Assembly (NCBI GenBank): GCA_037447605.1
Contig: CM074804.1
Span: 1,984,001 to 2,048,000, forward strand
Reading direction: 5' to 3'
Source: Zygnema circumcarinatum SAG 698-1b
Taxonomy: Eukaryota; Plantae; Zygnematophyceae
Length of the DNA stretch: 64,000 bases
Shown: one piece after another, positions 60,601 through 64,000 of the stretch
How positions within the stretch are numbered: the first letter of the stretch is position 1
Layout of the letters: the number at the start of each line of letters is the position of its first letter
The notes under the pieces: generated by a model
Databases searched by the model: none
What the model was told of the DNA's origin: nothing
The model's input: the letters and a program-made list of their open reading frames with translations, nothing else
Translations under genes and position numbers: made by a program

Positions 60601-62848
60601 TCGGATCAGCCAGCCCCTCGATCGCTCAAGATATGCCCAAGATACAACAACTCGCATGAAGTTACACTTCTTTCGCCGGCATAAAACGGTGTTTTCAAGA
60701 ACACCAACACTTCATATTAATGACAAGATGCTCGGCCCCGTTTTGTCAATACTCGTGATATCATCCGTGCAGACAAGGACAAACTCATCCATGCCGACCT
60801 AACATTTCGCTCATCATGCTTGAATGTACCGAGCGTTGGTCGTACCCAAAAGCGCACCTGTACCGAAGTGACCAATCGAAGGCCCCAAATGTCGTTTAGG
60901 AACATCGCGATCCGCGGACACACGGATCCGGAGCGGTGCCCCGCATTGCTGTCGGTGAGGTGAACACCTTCACTGCAGACGTCCTAAGACTTACCTATGC
61001 TGTAAAGCAAACCTGTTATTAACCGTGATCTTATTGAGTGCTCGATAATCGATGCACATTCGCAAAGACCCATCCTTCTTTCCAACGAAAAGGATAGGAG
61101 CCCCAAAGGGGCTTTGGCTCACGCAGATTGGCGAGCTGCTTTCGCATCTCCTCAGTCTCCTTTGGACTAAGCCTATAGATAGGCCTCCAAGGAGGTTTCT
61201 GTTCTGGCTCAAGGGGTATGGTATGCCCCACCTTCTGGCCGGAGGCGACTCCCTAAGTGCATCGCCCGGGAACATTATCCTCAAACGCCAACAAGGGGTT
61301 GGAAATACGCTTGGGACAAGTTGGTATTTTTCACCAAGCAGTTGTTACAGGTTACTCTTCGTCCCCTCACATGAGCGCCTTGCCGGCCATGACTTGCACC
61401 ATAAACAAGATGCAATTCGTTTTTAGTGCTCTGCCCAACTGCATGGCGGAGCACAGAAACGACAAAGATGACCGCGACGAGGCTGGTCCCGAAGGAGTGC
61501 CTGGTTGCAGAGTCATGCGTCTTCCTTCACTGCGGAGGACGCAATTAGGGACAACAAAATCCAACTGAAAGGCCTATAAGCGCCAGCCATTTGCTCTAAG
61601 ATCAAGTCTCTGCTCGGGCTAATAACGTCAACAAGGCTGACCACCCCCTGAGTAAGATCAATCTTTCACTATCACCGACGCCAATGTAAATCTGGCCAAG
61701 GCCCATCCCCGAAAGCTGGCACCATCGGAACAGGCCGACCGCAGAAATCCCCGCGAAGCCTCGACAGGCCGCGGGCTAACAAAGTTAGCGCCCTCAAGGC
61801 CAGTTGTCCAAGAAACTATCGCTGAAGTGTCCATCGCCAACTCCCCCGAAGGTCATAAAGACGATGAGACAAGTGGAAAATGGACCGTAGCACATTCGGT
61901 GCGTGGGGGCGCGCTAACCGCCACACAAGGGGATGAGGAGACTTCCCCAGCACAGTGGTAGAAGCTCCAATCACCCACCTAAGAAGGGAGAAGCCCTTCT
62001 TCCAAAGCTTTACCACTTTCCACTCAGTCTGTGGATAAGCCTTCACTGCGACGTGTTGTGGGAGCAGTACTCTCAGACTGAGTACATGGTCTTTCGACCG
62101 CAGCAAGCGCAAGGCATCGAATGCACATTGCACTAAGGCATCACTGCCCATGGCATTCAAGATAATGACATGCCATCCATTCATCAAGACAGCATTCGGA
62201 AATGCGGTTGGAGTCACAAGCATAGCAGGTGGCAATGAATAATCAGCAGGGAATGCATCGCACACAAACAACAGATTCCCGCTGAAAACTCCCCCAATCA
62301 CTTTAAGAATGTCATCCGCTTCCTTGAATATTAACATTCTTACACTAGTGATGTATGTGCCCACGCGCCGCCCATCGCCAAGCCCACCACAGAGACCCTC
62401 AAGTTGCCAGCGGGGAGTCAAGCCTCACCGCCCTTCCCCTTCCTATCCTTCGAAAGATGGGCAAATATAAGACCTATGCCCCACTTTCCCCGCAACGGAA
62501 CACTTGTTTTCCCAAGGCCAAGAAGCCTCCATCTCCTCGTGGGAGTGTTTTATGGCCGTTGGTGTCACGGTGAGAGGAAGGAAATTTCCTCTTGCCATTC
62601 CCCTTAGGTCGGCCGCCTGGCGCACCAGTTTTGCGCGGCTGTTCGACCGTGTCCGCCCGCGGGGGACGGGAAGGCCCTGCACCATCTGTAGACCCAGCGT
62701 CAGTTTGAATCGCAGCTGCAAACATCTGCTCATCATCCATAGGTCCCCAAGGTTCCAAGGTACGAGGATTCAGCCGAAGCTGCTTCCGAACGTACGGCTT
62801 CAAGCCGTGACTGAACCGGAAGAAGAATTCTTCGGATCCAGGTGGGAA
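57621..62848 (-). mobile_element. Degenerate Ty3/Gypsy chromovirus (gag - extra domain - PR - RT - RH - INT - chromodomain - PPT - 3' LTR); 5' end lost in gap
   Basis: Gag with knuckle C..(C)GKVGHRSYIC (~62460-62505) and protease FLD/TG..NFVS (~61780-61830). [16 protein letters not shown] (~61030-61075). Integrase IISDRDTRFTGHFW...[24 protein letters not shown] (59047-59418), GPF motif (~58715) and frameshifted chromodomain EVEAI..QYL..W.GYG.EH (~58430-58560). PPT GGGGAGTAG (~58220-58230); putative 3' LTR ~57621-58219 ending TTGACA. Confidence 0.88.
61912..62340 (-). CDS. Extra retroelement domain between gag and protease resembling a Dam-like DNA N6-adenine methyltransferase fold (catalytic motif degenerate)
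   Basis: Part of the stop-free ORF 61816-62421. Spacing FVCDAF ... GWHVIILNAMG ... SLRVLLPQH ... WKVVKLWKKGFSLL ... SPHPLVW parallels the recalled D[A/L][F/C] ... VW.NPPF ... A..LLP.W ... P.G..LF pattern of retroelement Dam-like domains. Recognised from memory only. Confidence 0.5.
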
Positions 62849-62858
62849 NNNNNNNNNN

Positions 62859-63061
62859 CACTTACTTGTGTCACCGCCGCGACCAATCAGCGCCGCTCGT
62901 TCGTACTCCGCGCACTCGCGGCGCACTCACCAAAGTCAGAGCACCGACATTACTAGATCTAAGAGCACTACGCCTAGCAGATCTCATGTTCTACAAACTG
63001 AGTACCACAACAAGTTAGTGTGTGCCATACAATGTCTAACTATCATACACTAACACTAACA
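62859..63061 (-). mobile_element. U3 end of an LTR of the same family as 55847-56879, in inverted orientation
   Basis: The reverse complement matches 55847-~56050 with only a handful of substitutions. It ends CACTAACA at 63061 and has no PPT on the outer side. Confidence 0.9.
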
Positions 63062-64000
63062 AATTCTCAAGTACAAGTCAAAAGCTTTCGGAGCTTTCAG
63101 AGATTGGCAGACTCAGATGGAGCGAGAGAGCGGTCAGAAACTGAAGACGCTGCGCTCGGACAACGGAGGGGAATTCAAGTCGAAGGAGTTCGGCGGGTAC
63201 TTGAAGGCTCGCGGAATAAGGCATGAATTTTCTGCTCCTTACTCCCCTCAAAGTAATGGAGCTGCTGAGAGGGTCAATAGGACGCTGGGGGACATGGCAC
63301 GGACCATGCTGATAGATTCCCCCTTCCCGGCATCCTTTTGGGGAGAGGCGGTGATGACCGCAACTTACCTTAGAAATAGATGCCCATCTTCTGTGCTTAA
63401 GGATCAGGTTCCTGAAGAGGTGTGGAGTGGGAGGAAACCCACGGTGTCCCACCTGAAGACCTTTGGAGCGCGCTACTGGTCGACAGTGCCGAAAGCGAGG
63501 CAGAAGAGAAAGTTCGACCCCCGAGCCGTGGAAGGGTACCTTCTCGGCTACAACATGGACAGTCGCACCTACCGGGTGTGGAACCCTCGAGCAAACGAAG
63601 TGCAGAGCTCGAGAGACGTTACGGTGGACGAGAAGGGGGCGGTGACTCGGCTCAGTGGGACCCGACCCCAAAGGTAGGTTGGAAATTCTGTACGGGGATG
63701 TGGAGACCAGCGAAGGGCATGGGCGCCTCTCAGGTCCAAGCTTAGAGGAGATCAGCGCACTGGAGCGAGGGAGCTGAGCCGGAAGCAACGCCCGAACATG
63801 AAGCGGCCGTGGGAACACGAGGCCCGAGAAGCCGCGAGCGGGGGAGCCGCGACCGTGGCCGGAGCGGCACCACTACACCTCACCTGTCCGGCAAGAGAAA
63901 CTAAGCGAAACTGTACTTTACATGGGCAGATCTAAGGATTTGGAGACGGCTGAGAAAGAGGCTATGTTGTCGAGCATGCCTCCCGGGTTTGTCCCGGGGA
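63062..64000 (+). mobile_element. Ty1/copia integrase (rve core + SH3-like) fragment
   Basis: KLKTLRSDNGGEF...GIRHEFSAPYSPQSNGAAERVNRTL...FWGEAVMTATYLRNRCPS...KFDPRAVEGYLLGY...SRDVTVDE (63062-~63680), decaying afterwards. Confidence 0.93.

Noticed and set aside
55847-63061. 7.2-kb TIR DNA transposon bounded by ~200-bp inverted repeats
   Set aside because: The inverted repeats are copia LTR U3 ends: the left one continues to a PBS and gag, and the right one is truncated by a gap.

Overview
This is a eukaryotic, intron-rich nuclear window from the green-plant lineage, probably a streptophyte alga or early-diverging land plant. That placement is an inference from a PCN-type UTP4, a plant class II PRPP synthetase, TTTAGGG repeats and a chromovirus. 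The assembly has eight 10-N gaps. Left part (1-26.1 kb): three minus-strand housekeeping genes (ATAD5/ELG1, UTP4/PCN, class II PRS). Between ATAD5 and UTP4 sits a 4.95-kb TIR DNA transposon (21-bp TIR, 8-bp TSD) whose only recognisable cargo is an intact 7-exon Ulp1/SENP SUMO-protease gene. Middle (26.4-37.9 kb): Tc1/mariner-type MITEs, a Gypsy RT fragment, a palindromic minisatellite, a 901-bp long-TIR element, and an 8-exon FkbM-family methyltransferase gene whose introns are filled with telomere-like and polypurine/polypyrimidine repeats. Right part (37.9-64 kb): a palindrome-rich satellite invaded by nested Ty1/copia elements and a degenerate Ty3/Gypsy chromovirus. That chromovirus carries an extra domain between gag and protease resembling a Dam-like N6-adenine methyltransferase, the most intriguing signal here. 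No rRNA, tRNA or true CRISPR array was recognised. All family assignments come from motif recognition by eye; no database search was run.
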